The translations under genes and the position numbers were made by a program. A stretch of 64,000 nt of DNA from positions 1 to 64,000 of the IMG/VR virus record IMGVR_UViG_3300043409_001427, one strand, 5' to 3'. The notes below the pieces were generated by a model. The model saw nothing but the letters and a program-made list of their open reading frames with translations. It ran no database searches and had not been told where the DNA came from. The DNA comes from a virus. Positions 9,779 through 18,966 of this stretch are shown one piece after another (within the stretch, counting starts at the first letter, position 1; each line of letters begins with the position of its first letter).

Positions 9779-10751
9779 TTTTTGGAAATTTTGTTATCTG
9801 TTGATCGCTTCCATTAACGCAGGCTATCATTGTACAAATCTGAGGGCCAGTAGGCGGTTTCCATCCATCATGCCAAATATTGCCCAACGGTTGGTTATTA
9901 CAGTTACTACCTGATACCCAACCTTGGGCACCAATATTTAAATACTCAACTCCTGCATTGCATAGTTGTCCAGCATAAACCGGTTGGGCATTATATGTTG
10001 CCTTGTATCGTTCGTCCCAAGTTGTTTCTTGAAAATATATCTTCTGTTGCACCGAGGGAGTCGGTGGTGCTGGTGGAGTCGGTGGTGCTGGTGGCGGGTT
10101 CAATGCATCTAGAGCTCGTTGCCGGTCTCTTTCTAAAATCTTTTCTCTTTGCTCTTTTGAATTGTTGTAAAAATCCAATGATTTTAGGTCTGTGATCTTG
10201 TAATCATACATACCTGCAGATGGATCACTTTCTTTATATAACAAAGTTTTTTGTACAAGTAGCTCTATAGAATCTTCAAGTTCCAATACTCTGTCTAAAT
10301 CTTCTTTAAAATGATCGTGCCTAATTGGAGAAGTTATTTTAAAATTTTTATTTTTATTTTTAAAGGTTTGTGTGATGTATTTTATTAAAGCAGGATTTTG
10401 CCAATAGTGAAAAGTTAAATTTAAATGATCAACATACGGTTCAATTGCCCACCAATCTACCCAAAGTCGACCTCCGTTAGTGTGTAGAGTGATGGACGAT
10501 CTTTCTGTTTTGCATGCCTTTAATAACATTGCAATGTCGTCAATGTCTAGTGGTTCTCCTCCATTAAGAACCCATTTAATATATCGAGTTTGTTTGGTTT
10601 GATAAGATTCAATTAGTGAATCTATTATCCGAAGATAGTTTTTTGTTTCGGGGGGCTCTGCTCCGCCTCTTAAACTTATTGGACAGTACTCGCATTCCGA
10701 TTTGCAGAAATCGTTTAATATCCAATTAATTGTGGTTACTAAATTATCCAT
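9771..10751 (-). CDS. radical SAM protein with C-terminal SPASM/twitch-like Cys cluster
   Basis: CKSECEYC, NGGEP, TNG; C-terminal CNAG...SNC...C...C. Confidence 0.85.
   Translation of the reverse strand: MDNLVTTINWILNDFCKSECEYCPISLRGGAEPPETKNYLRIIDSLIESYQTKQTRYIKWVLNGGEPLDIDDIAMLLKACKTERSSITLHTNGGRLWVDWWAIEPYVDHLNLTFHYWQNPALIKYITQTFKNKNKNFKITSPIRHDHFKEDLDRVLELEDSIELLVQKTLLYKESDPSAGMYDYKITDLKSLDFYNNSKEQREKILERDRQRALDALNPPPAPPTPPAPPTPSVQQKIYFQETTWDERYKATYNAQPVYAGQLCNAGVEYLNIGAQGWVSGSNCNNQPLGNIWHDGWKPPTGPQICTMIACVNGSDQQITKFPKTT
10057..10092. repeat. 18-bp tandem duplication encoding a Pro-rich linker (PPAPPT)
   Basis: GGAGTCGGTGGTGCTGGT x2 inside the radical SAM gene. Confidence 0.85.
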
Positions 10752-10758
10752 AATTGTC

Positions 10759-10787
10759 TTGACATGCCTAAATAATATGTGTATACT
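10759..10787 (+). promoter_or_regulatory. sigma70 early promoter with embedded TAAATA
   Basis: TTGACA-N17-TATACT; TAAATA at 10769-10774. Confidence 0.8.
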
Positions 10788-10814
10788 ATACTTATCTTAA
10801 ACCCTAGGACTTAC

Positions 10815-11117
10815 ATGTTAACTAATCAAAAACAACAAGAGATCCTGCTCATTACACAAGAGGAATGTGCAGAAGTAACACAGGCTATTAGCAAGTGTTT
10901 TAGATTTGGCATCGATGGATTAAAACCGGGCAAGCCAAAAACTAACAGAGAACATTTGGAAGAAGAAGCAGGTGACCTGCTGTGCATGATACAACTAATG
11001 ATGGAACATGGACTCCTAGAAGAATCTAAAGTTTATGCGGCTTCTCTAAATAAAAGAACAAAGTTGCAAACTTGGTCAAGTATCTTTAAAAAGGAATTAG
11101 TTGATGAGCAAAATTAA
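10815..11117 (+). CDS. mazG: MazG-like NTP pyrophosphohydrolase
   Basis: EECAEV...LEEEAGDLL motif; start moved to ATG 10815 (AGGA SD; the upstream start lies inside the promoter). Confidence 0.8.
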   Translation: MLTNQKQQEILLITQEECAEVTQAISKCFRFGIDGLKPGKPKTNREHLEEEAGDLLCMIQLMMEHGLLEESKVYAASLNKRTKLQTWSSIFKKELVDEQN

Positions 11118-11970
11118 AGTATCAGAATTATTTTACAGCATACAAGGTGAAGGTCGGTACATGGGAGTCCCGTCTGTTTTCTTGCGTACATTCGGATGTA
11201 ACTTTACCTGTCAAGGTTTTGGTATGCCTAGAGGCGAACTAAGCACAGAAGCAGATACTGTTGCATTTGCACATGGTAACCATTCATTTACAGAATACAA
11301 ATCACTACCGCTTGTTAGTACAGGGTGTGATAGTTACGCAAGTTGGCATCCTGCATTTAAAGACCTTAGCCCAATGGTAGAAATTGAAGGACTTGCCAAT
11401 AGTATTGTAGATCTACTGCCATTTAAAGAATGGCGAGAAGAACATCTTGTTATTACAGGTGGAGAACCGTTGTTGGGGTGGCAAAAGGCTTATCCAGACT
11501 TGTTAAATCAACCGTGTATGACATCATTAAAAGAAATTACATTTGAGACAAACGGCACAATGCGGCTAACTCCTAAGTTTAAAGAATATCTAGCAGAATG
11601 GGCGACATATACATCAGGTAGTGATATATGGAGAGAAATTACATTCAGTGTAAGTGCTAAACTTCCGGCGGCAGGTGAACCCTGGAAAGATGCTATTAAA
11701 CCTAAAGTTGTTTGCGACTATGAAACTGTAGGTACAGTCTATTTGAAATTTGTTGTAGCAACTGAACAAGATATCGAAGATGCGCTAAAAGCAACAGAAG
11801 AATTTCGTTCCGAAGGGTTTAAAGGTCATGTATATTTGATGCCAGTCGGTGGGGTTGAGTCAGTTTACGCTTTAAATAATAAAGCAGTAGCATTAGCGGC
11901 TATGAAACACGGTCTCCGTTACAGTGACCGATTGCAGGTACCATTATTTAAAAATGAGTGGGGAACTTAA
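11101..11970 (+). CDS. queE: 7-carboxy-7-deazaguanine synthase QueE (radical SAM)
   Basis: ELFYSIQGEG...VFLRTFGCNFTC...GCDS, VITGGEP, FETNGT, SVSAKL, YLMP, RLQ; start may be ATG 11104. Confidence 0.9.
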   Translation: MMSKIKVSELFYSIQGEGRYMGVPSVFLRTFGCNFTCQGFGMPRGELSTEADTVAFAHGNHSFTEYKSLPLVSTGCDSYASWHPAFKDLSPMVEIEGLANSIVDLLPFKEWREEHLVITGGEPLLGWQKAYPDLLNQPCMTSLKEITFETNGTMRLTPKFKEYLAEWATYTSGSDIWREITFSVSAKLPAAGEPWKDAIKPKVVCDYETVGTVYLKFVVATEQDIEDALKATEEFRSEGFKGHVYLMPVGGVESVYALNNKAVALAAMKHGLRYSDRLQVPLFKNEWGT

Positions 11971-12416
11971 TGAAACAATTTATTAAAAAAATATTTGGTA
12001 TAGATAAGATTGAAGCAGAAACTGCGGAGGCAATTCGATTAAAAATTGAAGCAGAAGCGGCTGCGACTATTTCTATAAAAGAAGCAGAAGATGCTAAAGA
12101 AAAAGAAAGACTGGCAAAACTTAGTCCAAAAGAACTTGCCACAGAAAATAATACACCGTGGGTGCAAGTTTTAGAAACCCATGTCAATAAAGAAAATGTA
12201 AGGCATGGATTCTTTGAGCTTGACTGGAACGACCTCTTTGTGTTACAATTAAGAGAAGCCGGATACACTGGTGTATCAAGTGAAGATATTGTGGATCAGT
12301 GGTTTTCGGAATTGTGTCGAAATGTAGGTGCCGACGAGAACATTGACATGAAAGGTCGAGATTCTGGATATGTTAATCGGGCACTCCGTGATGATGGGAA
12401 AACTGAGGTTTCTTAA
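11970..12416 (+). CDS. hypothetical protein
   Basis: TAATG coupling on both sides; PWV...FFELDWN motif. Confidence 0.7.
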   Translation: MKQFIKKIFGIDKIEAETAEAIRLKIEAEAAATISIKEAEDAKEKERLAKLSPKELATENNTPWVQVLETHVNKENVRHGFFELDWNDLFVLQLREAGYTGVSSEDIVDQWFSELCRNVGADENIDMKGRDSGYVNRALRDDGKTEVS

Positions 12417-13408
12417 TGACAAAAACATATATTATAGTTGATACTGCAAATACTTTTTTTAGAGCACGGCATGTTATTCGTGGAGATCTAAATGACAAGA
12501 TTGGTATGAGTATTCATACTACTTTAGGTAGTGTTCGAAAGGCGTGGCGTGATTTTAAAGGCGACCATATTGTATTCTGCCTTGAAGGTCGAAGCTGGCG
12601 TAAGGATGCCTATGCTCCGTATAAGCGGCAGCGCACCGAAGCCCGTGCCGCGCAAAGTCCAAAAGAAGCAGAAGAAGATCGTGTGTTTTGGGAAACATTT
12701 GATCAGTTTAAAGATTTTGTAATTAATAAAACTAACACAACAGTACTGCAAAATCCGCAACTCGAAGCTGACGATTTAATCGCGGGATGGGTACAGGGTC
12801 ATCCAAATGATAACCATGTTATCATTAGTACCGACGGCGACTTTGCACAACTCATTGCGCCGAATGTCAAGCAATATAATGGCATAATGGAAATTACAAC
12901 GACACACGAAGGTTACTTTGATGCTAAGGGTAAGCGTGTAGTTGATAAAAAAACTAAAGAAGAAAAGCCTGCGCCCGACCCAGAATGGTTGCTATTTGAA
13001 AAATGTATGCGTGGCGATACCAGCGACAACATATTCTCAGCATATCCCGGTGTTCGAGAAAAGGGTTCAAAGAATAAAGTTGGTCTACGCGAAGCATTTG
13101 CCGATAAAGTAAGTAAAGGTTATTCATGGAATAATCTGATGCTACAAAGATGGTCTGATCACGACGGACAAGAACATCGAGTAGTCAATGACTATAATAG
13201 AAATGTATTACTATGTGATTTAACTGCACAACCAGACGACATAAAAGTACTGATTAAAGAAACAATTAAAACTGCCATCAACGAACAAAAGAATATTCCG
13301 CAGGTGGGAGTACGGCTTCTTAAATTCTGCGCAGAATTTGATCTACAGAAAGTTAGCGAACAGATACAAAGCTATGCAGAACCACTAAATGCAAGGTATG
13401 CAGAATGA
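12416..13408 (+). CDS. rnh: RNase H / 5'-3' flap exonuclease (T4 rnh-like)
   Basis: IVDTAN, SWRK..Y..YK..R, EADD, STDGDF, GDTSDNI. Confidence 0.92.
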   Translation: MTKTYIIVDTANTFFRARHVIRGDLNDKIGMSIHTTLGSVRKAWRDFKGDHIVFCLEGRSWRKDAYAPYKRQRTEARAAQSPKEAEEDRVFWETFDQFKDFVINKTNTTVLQNPQLEADDLIAGWVQGHPNDNHVIISTDGDFAQLIAPNVKQYNGIMEITTTHEGYFDAKGKRVVDKKTKEEKPAPDPEWLLFEKCMRGDTSDNIFSAYPGVREKGSKNKVGLREAFADKVSKGYSWNNLMLQRWSDHDGQEHRVVNDYNRNVLLCDLTAQPDDIKVLIKETIKTAINEQKNIPQVGVRLLKFCAEFDLQKVSEQIQSYAEPLNARYAE

Positions 13409-13887
13409 ACTCAACTGCCAAAATATTAGTTCCTGGTCAAGAGTGGTTAGTTAGAACGGATGATGGAAAAATAGGAGCCCTTTCAAAATCAAGGAAAGGG
13501 TATACTTTTTTTAAAAATGGATATGCATTCGGATTTAAAAATCTTAATGATGTAAAAACTCAATTGGGTATCGAGTTGTTTGAAGAGAGTCTAAAGAAAA
13601 CTGCCGGGGATGTAGAACCAAAAACATTTTCAATTCACGACTATCCGTGTAGAACTAAACCATTTGATCCTGTGTATAATGTTAAAGAGAAACTTCCACT
13701 TTATGCTAAAAATATCAAAAGTAAGAGCAGATATTGTGCAGGATATTATGTAATTAAATTCCGTAAAGGGTGGATTAGGACATTCTGTCCGAAATTAATT
13801 ACCCTGCAACGCTATCCTTATTTTGGACCGTTTAAAACAGAAGCCGAAGTTAAATCTGTGTTAAATAATGTTAATAGCAAACTATGA
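13405..13887 (+). CDS. hypothetical protein
   Basis: ATGA-coupled ORF. Confidence 0.7.
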   Translation: MNSTAKILVPGQEWLVRTDDGKIGALSKSRKGYTFFKNGYAFGFKNLNDVKTQLGIELFEESLKKTAGDVEPKTFSIHDYPCRTKPFDPVYNVKEKLPLYAKNIKSKSRYCAGYYVIKFRKGWIRTFCPKLITLQRYPYFGPFKTEAEVKSVLNNVNSKL

Positions 13888-14096
13888 AAGCATTAAACAC
13901 ACTACCAATTGAAGACTTCTTAGATAAGGCGCGAGTTGCTATCAAAACCAATCAAAAAAATCTCACGCTGTCAATCAAAGAAATATCAGATCTGCAGAAT
14001 AGTCTGAGTGTCGTAATGACCCGATTAGCAGGTGAATTTTCTGAGGGTACCGAACAAGAAGATATCGTCATTAAAATGGACGGTGGTAAATTTTAA
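13884..14096 (+). CDS. hypothetical protein
   Basis: ATGA-coupled ORF. Confidence 0.6.
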   Translation: MKALNTLPIEDFLDKARVAIKTNQKNLTLSIKEISDLQNSLSVVMTRLAGEFSEGTEQEDIVIKMDGGKF

Positions 14097-14143
14097 CTTC
14101 TTAGGATAAATATATACGCACTTATTTGGAGGTTGCGTATATT

Positions 14144-14443
14144 ATGAGCAGGCCTAAGCCAACGATTCTGTTAGAAATGACTAACAAAAAAACATATAAA
14201 ACAGAACAAGTTTTGGATGCAGAGGCCATTTGGGCTGTTTTTTATCAAGAAAAGCCAATTAACCTAAAGACCAGCAGTATCGTAGCACAACAACTTGGTC
14301 CAAAATATAAAAAAGTGTCATTTTCCAATGCTGGACACGCATTTAATCTTGCTGAAAAACTTAACAAAATGTTCAATTCGCAAGACTTCTCTGTATTCAA
14401 ATTAACCACCGGTGAGAAGTTAGCTAATGAGTCGCAAGTCTGA
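14144..14443 (+). CDS. hypothetical protein (MSRPKP...)
   Basis: Preceded by TAAATA (about 14107) and GGAGG. Confidence 0.7.
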   Translation: MSRPKPTILLEMTNKKTYKTEQVLDAEAIWAVFYQEKPINLKTSSIVAQQLGPKYKKVSFSNAGHAFNLAEKLNKMFNSQDFSVFKLTTGEKLANESQV

Positions 14444-14816
14444 AATTACTAAGTACATTGCCCAAACTGAAGGGTTAGATATAGATGATATTGCCATCCG
14501 AAAAATGGCAAGAAAACTGTGGCAAAATCCAAGACCTAAACCAATAGGCGGACTCAAATTAACAGATACAGGATTTGAGATTCTTTGCAAACACTTCACT
14601 ACACACCAAGTCCGTTTTGAAAATCGCATAGATTTAAAGTTTACTAACCAAATGATACTTCGTTTGGATAACTTTATCACTTGCCCGTGGTATATTACCA
14701 AAATGGGTATGTGGGTTTTTGATGATAAAATGGCTGTCCAATTGGTGTTGTTTTCTGGAAACATTGAAAAATTTACCAATGCGAAGGCTAGATCGCTTGA
14801 CATCTCTCAGAGTTGA
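14427..14816 (+). CDS. hypothetical protein
   Basis: Overlaps previous ORF; fills the space before the next promoter. Confidence 0.65.
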   Translation: MSRKSEITKYIAQTEGLDIDDIAIRKMARKLWQNPRPKPIGGLKLTDTGFEILCKHFTTHQVRFENRIDLKFTNQMILRLDNFITCPWYITKMGMWVFDDKMAVQLVLFSGNIEKFTNAKARSLDISQS

Positions 14817-14825
14817 GTGTATAAT
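14797..14825 (+). promoter_or_regulatory. perfect consensus sigma70 promoter
   Basis: TTGACA-N17-TATAAT. Confidence 0.88.
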
Positions 14826-14884
14826 TAATACATATTGAAGCATAAGAGATTCAATATTTTTAATCAACTTTGAAAGAGCAAACA

Positions 14885-15970
14885 ATGTCAAAAGAGCAGA
14901 TTAGCACTAACCGGACCGTTACTCCTAATGAGGCAAAACGGAGTCTTCGTAAGTGTATCAAAATTCAACGCCCTGTTTTTATGTGGGGTCCTCCCGGAAT
15001 TGGTAAAAGCGATATTATCAAACAACTTGGCGACGAGCAAGACCGCGAAGTTATTGATGTGCGTTTGAGTCTTTGGGAACCTACAGACATTAAGGGTATT
15101 CCATATTACAATTCCAATTCTAATACAATGACATGGGCTCCTCCTGCAGAATTGCCCACTGATCCGGAGTCTACCGCTATCCTGTTCTTGGACGAGTTGA
15201 ACTCTGCGGCTCCTGCTACACAGGCGGCGGCTTTCCAGTTGGTGTTGAACCGTCGTGTTGGTACTTACATTCTTCCAAAAGGTGTTGCTATTGTTGCCGC
15301 AGGTAACCGCGAAACTGACAAGGGGGTAACTTATCGTATGCCTGCTCCGTTGGCAAATCGTTTCGTTCACTTGGAACTGAAAACTGATTACGAAGATTGG
15401 TTGCAGTGGGCCACTATGAACAAGGTGCATGAACAAGTAGTTGGTTATGTTGGCTTTGCCAAACAAGACTTGTACGATTTTGATCCAAAAAGCTCAAGCC
15501 GGGCTTTTGCTACTCCGCGGTCTTGGTCTTTCGTTAGCCAACTTTTGCAAGATGACGACTTGTCCGAAAACACCTTAACTGATTTGGTTGCAGGTGCTGT
15601 CGGTGAAGGCCTTGCTATTAAGTTTATGGCACACCGTAAAGTTGCCAAACAGATGCCAAAGCCTGAAGATATTTTGGACGGCAAGGTTAAAAAGTGCGAC
15701 ATCAAAGAAATCTCTGCAATGTATTCTTTGACTGTTAGTATGTGCTATGAACTCCAAACTGCATATGAAAAGAAATCTAAAGATTGGGATTCTATGGCAG
15801 ATAACTTCTTTGGATTTATGATGGGAAATTTCCCAACTGAATTGGTTGTAATGGGTGCTAAGGTTGCGCTCACTAACTATAAACTGCCGTTTGATGCTTC
15901 TAAGTTGAAGAACTTTGATGAGTTCCATGACAAATACGGTAAGTTTATTATTACCGCAATGGAAGGTTAA
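14885..15970 (+). CDS. MoxR-like AAA+ ATPase
   Basis: Walker A GPPGIGKS, Walker B LFLDE, AAGN, LANRF, TPRSW. Confidence 0.9.
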   Translation: MSKEQISTNRTVTPNEAKRSLRKCIKIQRPVFMWGPPGIGKSDIIKQLGDEQDREVIDVRLSLWEPTDIKGIPYYNSNSNTMTWAPPAELPTDPESTAILFLDELNSAAPATQAAAFQLVLNRRVGTYILPKGVAIVAAGNRETDKGVTYRMPAPLANRFVHLELKTDYEDWLQWATMNKVHEQVVGYVGFAKQDLYDFDPKSSSRAFATPRSWSFVSQLLQDDDLSENTLTDLVAGAVGEGLAIKFMAHRKVAKQMPKPEDILDGKVKKCDIKEISAMYSLTVSMCYELQTAYEKKSKDWDSMADNFFGFMMGNFPTELVVMGAKVALTNYKLPFDASKLKNFDEFHDKYGKFIITAMEG

Positions 15971-15998
15971 TAAATTGGACCCTTCGGGGTCCAATTTA
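15971..15998. terminator. UUCG hairpin, probable intrinsic terminator or processing stem
   Basis: TAAATTGGACCC-TTCG-GGGTCCAATTTA, perfect 12-bp stem directly after the stop codon. Confidence 0.75.
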
Positions 15999-16000
15999 AC

Positions 16001-16029
16001 TTGCATTTTTTATACTTTGAGTGTATAAT
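16001..16029 (+). promoter_or_regulatory. sigma70 early promoter
   Basis: TTGCAT-N17-TATAAT; shares TTGAGTGTATAAT with the 14797 promoter. Confidence 0.75.
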
Positions 16030-16052
16030 TACATATATACAGTTAAACAGGA

Positions 16053-17330
16053 ATGAACACTATGTCAGCAAAAACTACAACCGCTAGCAAAGCATCAAAA
16101 TCGGACCTAAGTCAAAAGCGAGAATTTTCTCAACAAGAGAAAAATAAAATTGTTGATAAATTAGTAACTGCTCGTATCGGTCTGTTGTTGCGTCATCCAT
16201 TTTTTGGTAATTTGGCAACCCGCCTTAAACTAGTGGATGCTAGCGATTGGCTCAATACTCTTGCCACAGACGGTCGGTATTTTTACTACAGCAACGACTT
16301 TGTTCATAAACTAACTCCTAAAGAATGTGAGTTTGGTTTTGCTCACGAGGTGTTGCACAATGTATTTGATCACATGGGCCGTCGTGAACATCGAGATCCC
16401 CAATTGTCAAACATTGCCGCAGATTATGCCGCTAATCAAATCCTTAAAGATGAACGCATCGGTGAAGTGCCGAGTTGGATTAAAATTTTCCAAGATAACA
16501 AATATCGCGGTCAATCATATGAACAGATCTATGAAGAAATAGAAAAGAATTCTATTAAGATTGATATTAACCAACTTGGCGAATTGCTCGACGAACACCT
16601 TGACGGTGAAGACGGCGAAGGTAACGACCAAGACGGTGACGATAAAGAAGGCAAGGGCAAGCGTCCTGTTTTGTCAGCCGAAGAAAAGAAAAAGATTCGT
16701 GACGAAATTAAAGAAGCAATGGTGGCCGCGTCACAGGCCGCAGGCGCAGGTAGAGTACCGGCAGGTATTGCTAGAATGATCCAAACTTTTACCGAGCCAA
16801 AGATGGACTGGCGTCAAATGTTGCGTATGAATATCCAAAGTATTCTGAAGAGCAATTTTAGTTTTAGTCGTCCTAACCGTAAGTCACAGCATTGCGGTGC
16901 TATTTTGCCCGGGATGATGAACGAAGAAACTATTGATGTATCAGTTGGCATCGATATGAGCGGTAGTATTTCAGATAAACAGGCACAAGATTTCTTGTCC
17001 GAAGTTAAAGGTATTATGGATGAATACAAAGACTTCAAACTAAGCCTGTGGTGCTTTGATACCGCAGTTTATAACTACGCTCAATTTACCGGAGATACTG
17101 CCGATGAAATTGATGACTATAAAGTGACAGGTGGTGGTGGTACTGATTTTGATGCCAATTGGGAATTTATGAAAGAAGAGGGCATCGAGCCTAAGAAGTT
17201 TATCATGTTTACTGACGGTTATCCTTGTGGCAGTTGGGGCGATGAAAACTACTGCGACACACTGTTTATCATCCACGGTAATGATGCAATTGAAGCACCG
17301 TTTGGACAAACTACATACTATAAAGAATAA
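16053..17330 (+). CDS. HExxH metallopeptidase-like plus VWA domain protein (DUF2201-type MoxR partner)
   Basis: ATDG, AHEVLH, NIAAD, MIDAS DMSGS, GGGGTDF, FTDGY. Confidence 0.88.
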   Translation: MNTMSAKTTTASKASKSDLSQKREFSQQEKNKIVDKLVTARIGLLLRHPFFGNLATRLKLVDASDWLNTLATDGRYFYYSNDFVHKLTPKECEFGFAHEVLHNVFDHMGRREHRDPQLSNIAADYAANQILKDERIGEVPSWIKIFQDNKYRGQSYEQIYEEIEKNSIKIDINQLGELLDEHLDGEDGEGNDQDGDDKEGKGKRPVLSAEEKKKIRDEIKEAMVAASQAAGAGRVPAGIARMIQTFTEPKMDWRQMLRMNIQSILKSNFSFSRPNRKSQHCGAILPGMMNEETIDVSVGIDMSGSISDKQAQDFLSEVKGIMDEYKDFKLSLWCFDTAVYNYAQFTGDTADEIDDYKVTGGGGTDFDANWEFMKEEGIEPKKFIMFTDGYPCGSWGDENYCDTLFIIHGNDAIEAPFGQTTYYKE

Positions 17331-17623
17331 TGTCGTTAAACAGAAATCAGCCAAATCCGCTAAGTGTTCTGGGTATAAGAAGGTTAAATTTTATACCAGA
17401 ACACTTTGCCAAAATAACTATTGAAAAATCTGATATCAAAATGTTAGACCATTGGATTAACTATAACTTAAATAGTAGGTATGCAATCCGGCGAGGTTTA
17501 ACTTTGGACCATAATAAAAAAATGGTAGAAGCGATCGAAGTGGGTATAGAGGATCCTAAAGAGATTACTATGCTAACGCTAGGTTGCCCATTTATACATC
17601 AAAAAGAGAAAAGGAATATTTAA
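17330..17623 (+). CDS. hypothetical protein
   Basis: TAATG coupling. Confidence 0.65.
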   Translation: MSLNRNQPNPLSVLGIRRLNFIPEHFAKITIEKSDIKMLDHWINYNLNSRYAIRRGLTLDHNKKMVEAIEVGIEDPKEITMLTLGCPFIHQKEKRNI

Positions 17624-17624
17624 A

Positions 17625-17891
17625 ATGAATGAAGAACAAGCAACGGTAGCTAGCCCAGATGTTGGTGGAGAAATGCCGCAGGCGCAACCGCAACAACAGC
17701 CAGAATTAAACATTAATGATTTGCAAAATTTGCGAGCCGTTATTGATACTGCATGTCGTCGTGGTGCATTTGGTGCTAATGAGATGTCTTCTGTAGGTGT
17801 TGTATTTGATCGATTAAACACATTCTTAAATGCTGTTACTCCTCCGGTGGCACCCGATGCAGAACTAGAAAAAACTAAGGAACCAGTATGA
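17625..17891 (+). CDS. hypothetical protein
   Basis: AAGGA SD; IDTACRRGAF helical motif. Confidence 0.7.
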   Translation: MNEEQATVASPDVGGEMPQAQPQQQPELNINDLQNLRAVIDTACRRGAFGANEMSSVGVVFDRLNTFLNAVTPPVAPDAELEKTKEPV

Positions 17892-18493
17892 ACTTAATCA
17901 AACATGTAGGAAAGATGAAAAACAATGGTGCGAAAGTTGCCGTTGTGTATAGATCATTGCCAGGCGACTCGGGCAACTGTCTAGTAATTGGAACAGGAAA
18001 CTTGCCCGATTCTTGGCATGACTCTCTAATGCAACTTATCCAAGATCCGAGTGGGCAGGCCGCAAACGAACTTGCAGATGTTTTGGCTGTTCGTAAATTT
18101 CCAGACGGTTCAACTATGCTAGGTGTGTTGCATGAAAGAGGAATGTTAAAGAGGGTGCCGACCAACGGTGTCATAATGACTCCTACTCCCCAGGCCGCGG
18201 TACTGTTAAGTGAGCTTAACCAAATCATGGCGGAGCAAAAAGGAATCACCATCGATCAGTTGGCAGTAACCGACGGCGTAAATCCTAATCCAAAAACTAA
18301 AAAAACAGCCGAGCCTGGAATCGTTAATAGTGAAACCGAAATTGAAATTGCAGAAGACGAAATGTCTCCAACGCAAATGAGAAGCCGTGCTGACGCATTG
18401 TTTAAACAGGCGCAGGCTCTGCGTAAGCAAGCAGATACTATTGATCCTCCTAAAAGCAAAAAGAAAGAAGTAGTCGTTGACGAAGTTGAATGA
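17888..18493 (+). CDS. hypothetical protein
   Basis: ATGA coupling; AAGGA SD. Confidence 0.75.
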   Translation: MNLIKHVGKMKNNGAKVAVVYRSLPGDSGNCLVIGTGNLPDSWHDSLMQLIQDPSGQAANELADVLAVRKFPDGSTMLGVLHERGMLKRVPTNGVIMTPTPQAAVLLSELNQIMAEQKGITIDQLAVTDGVNPNPKTKKTAEPGIVNSETEIEIAEDEMSPTQMRSRADALFKQAQALRKQADTIDPPKSKKKEVVVDEVE

Positions 18494-18966
18494 TCAATTG
18501 CCTAGTAGCTATAGATCGTAACCGGGGCATTGGATTTGAAGGTCAGATGCCCTGGCCTCACCTTAAGGGTGATATGAAATGGTTCAAGCAGATGACGACT
18601 GGGCAAGTTGTTATCATGGGATCAACTACATACGATAGCATGGGCAAGCCATTACCCAATCGCGTTAATGTGGTAATAAGTAGAAAGCGACTGTTAGGTG
18701 ATCACACATTCGATGATTGCGGAAGTGCATTAGACTATTGTGCTGTAGAATATCCCGACAAGGATATTTTTGTTATTGGTGGAAGTGCCATTTACGAGCA
18801 ATATTTAGATATCATTGATCGATTTTATGTAACAGAGATCGATGCTACTTACCAATGTGATAAATTTTTTGATTTTAATTATGTTCAAAAATACTTTACA
18901 AAGGTTACAGAACATGCTACATTTAACGATCCAATAAAATATACCATAAAAGAATATAACATATGA
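18490..18966 (+). CDS. folA: dihydrofolate reductase
   Basis: GIG..GQMPW.HLKGDMKWFK, VIMG, PLPNR, VIGG. Confidence 0.95.
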   Translation: MINCLVAIDRNRGIGFEGQMPWPHLKGDMKWFKQMTTGQVVIMGSTTYDSMGKPLPNRVNVVISRKRLLGDHTFDDCGSALDYCAVEYPDKDIFVIGGSAIYEQYLDIIDRFYVTEIDATYQCDKFFDFNYVQKYFTKVTEHATFNDPIKYTIKEYNI

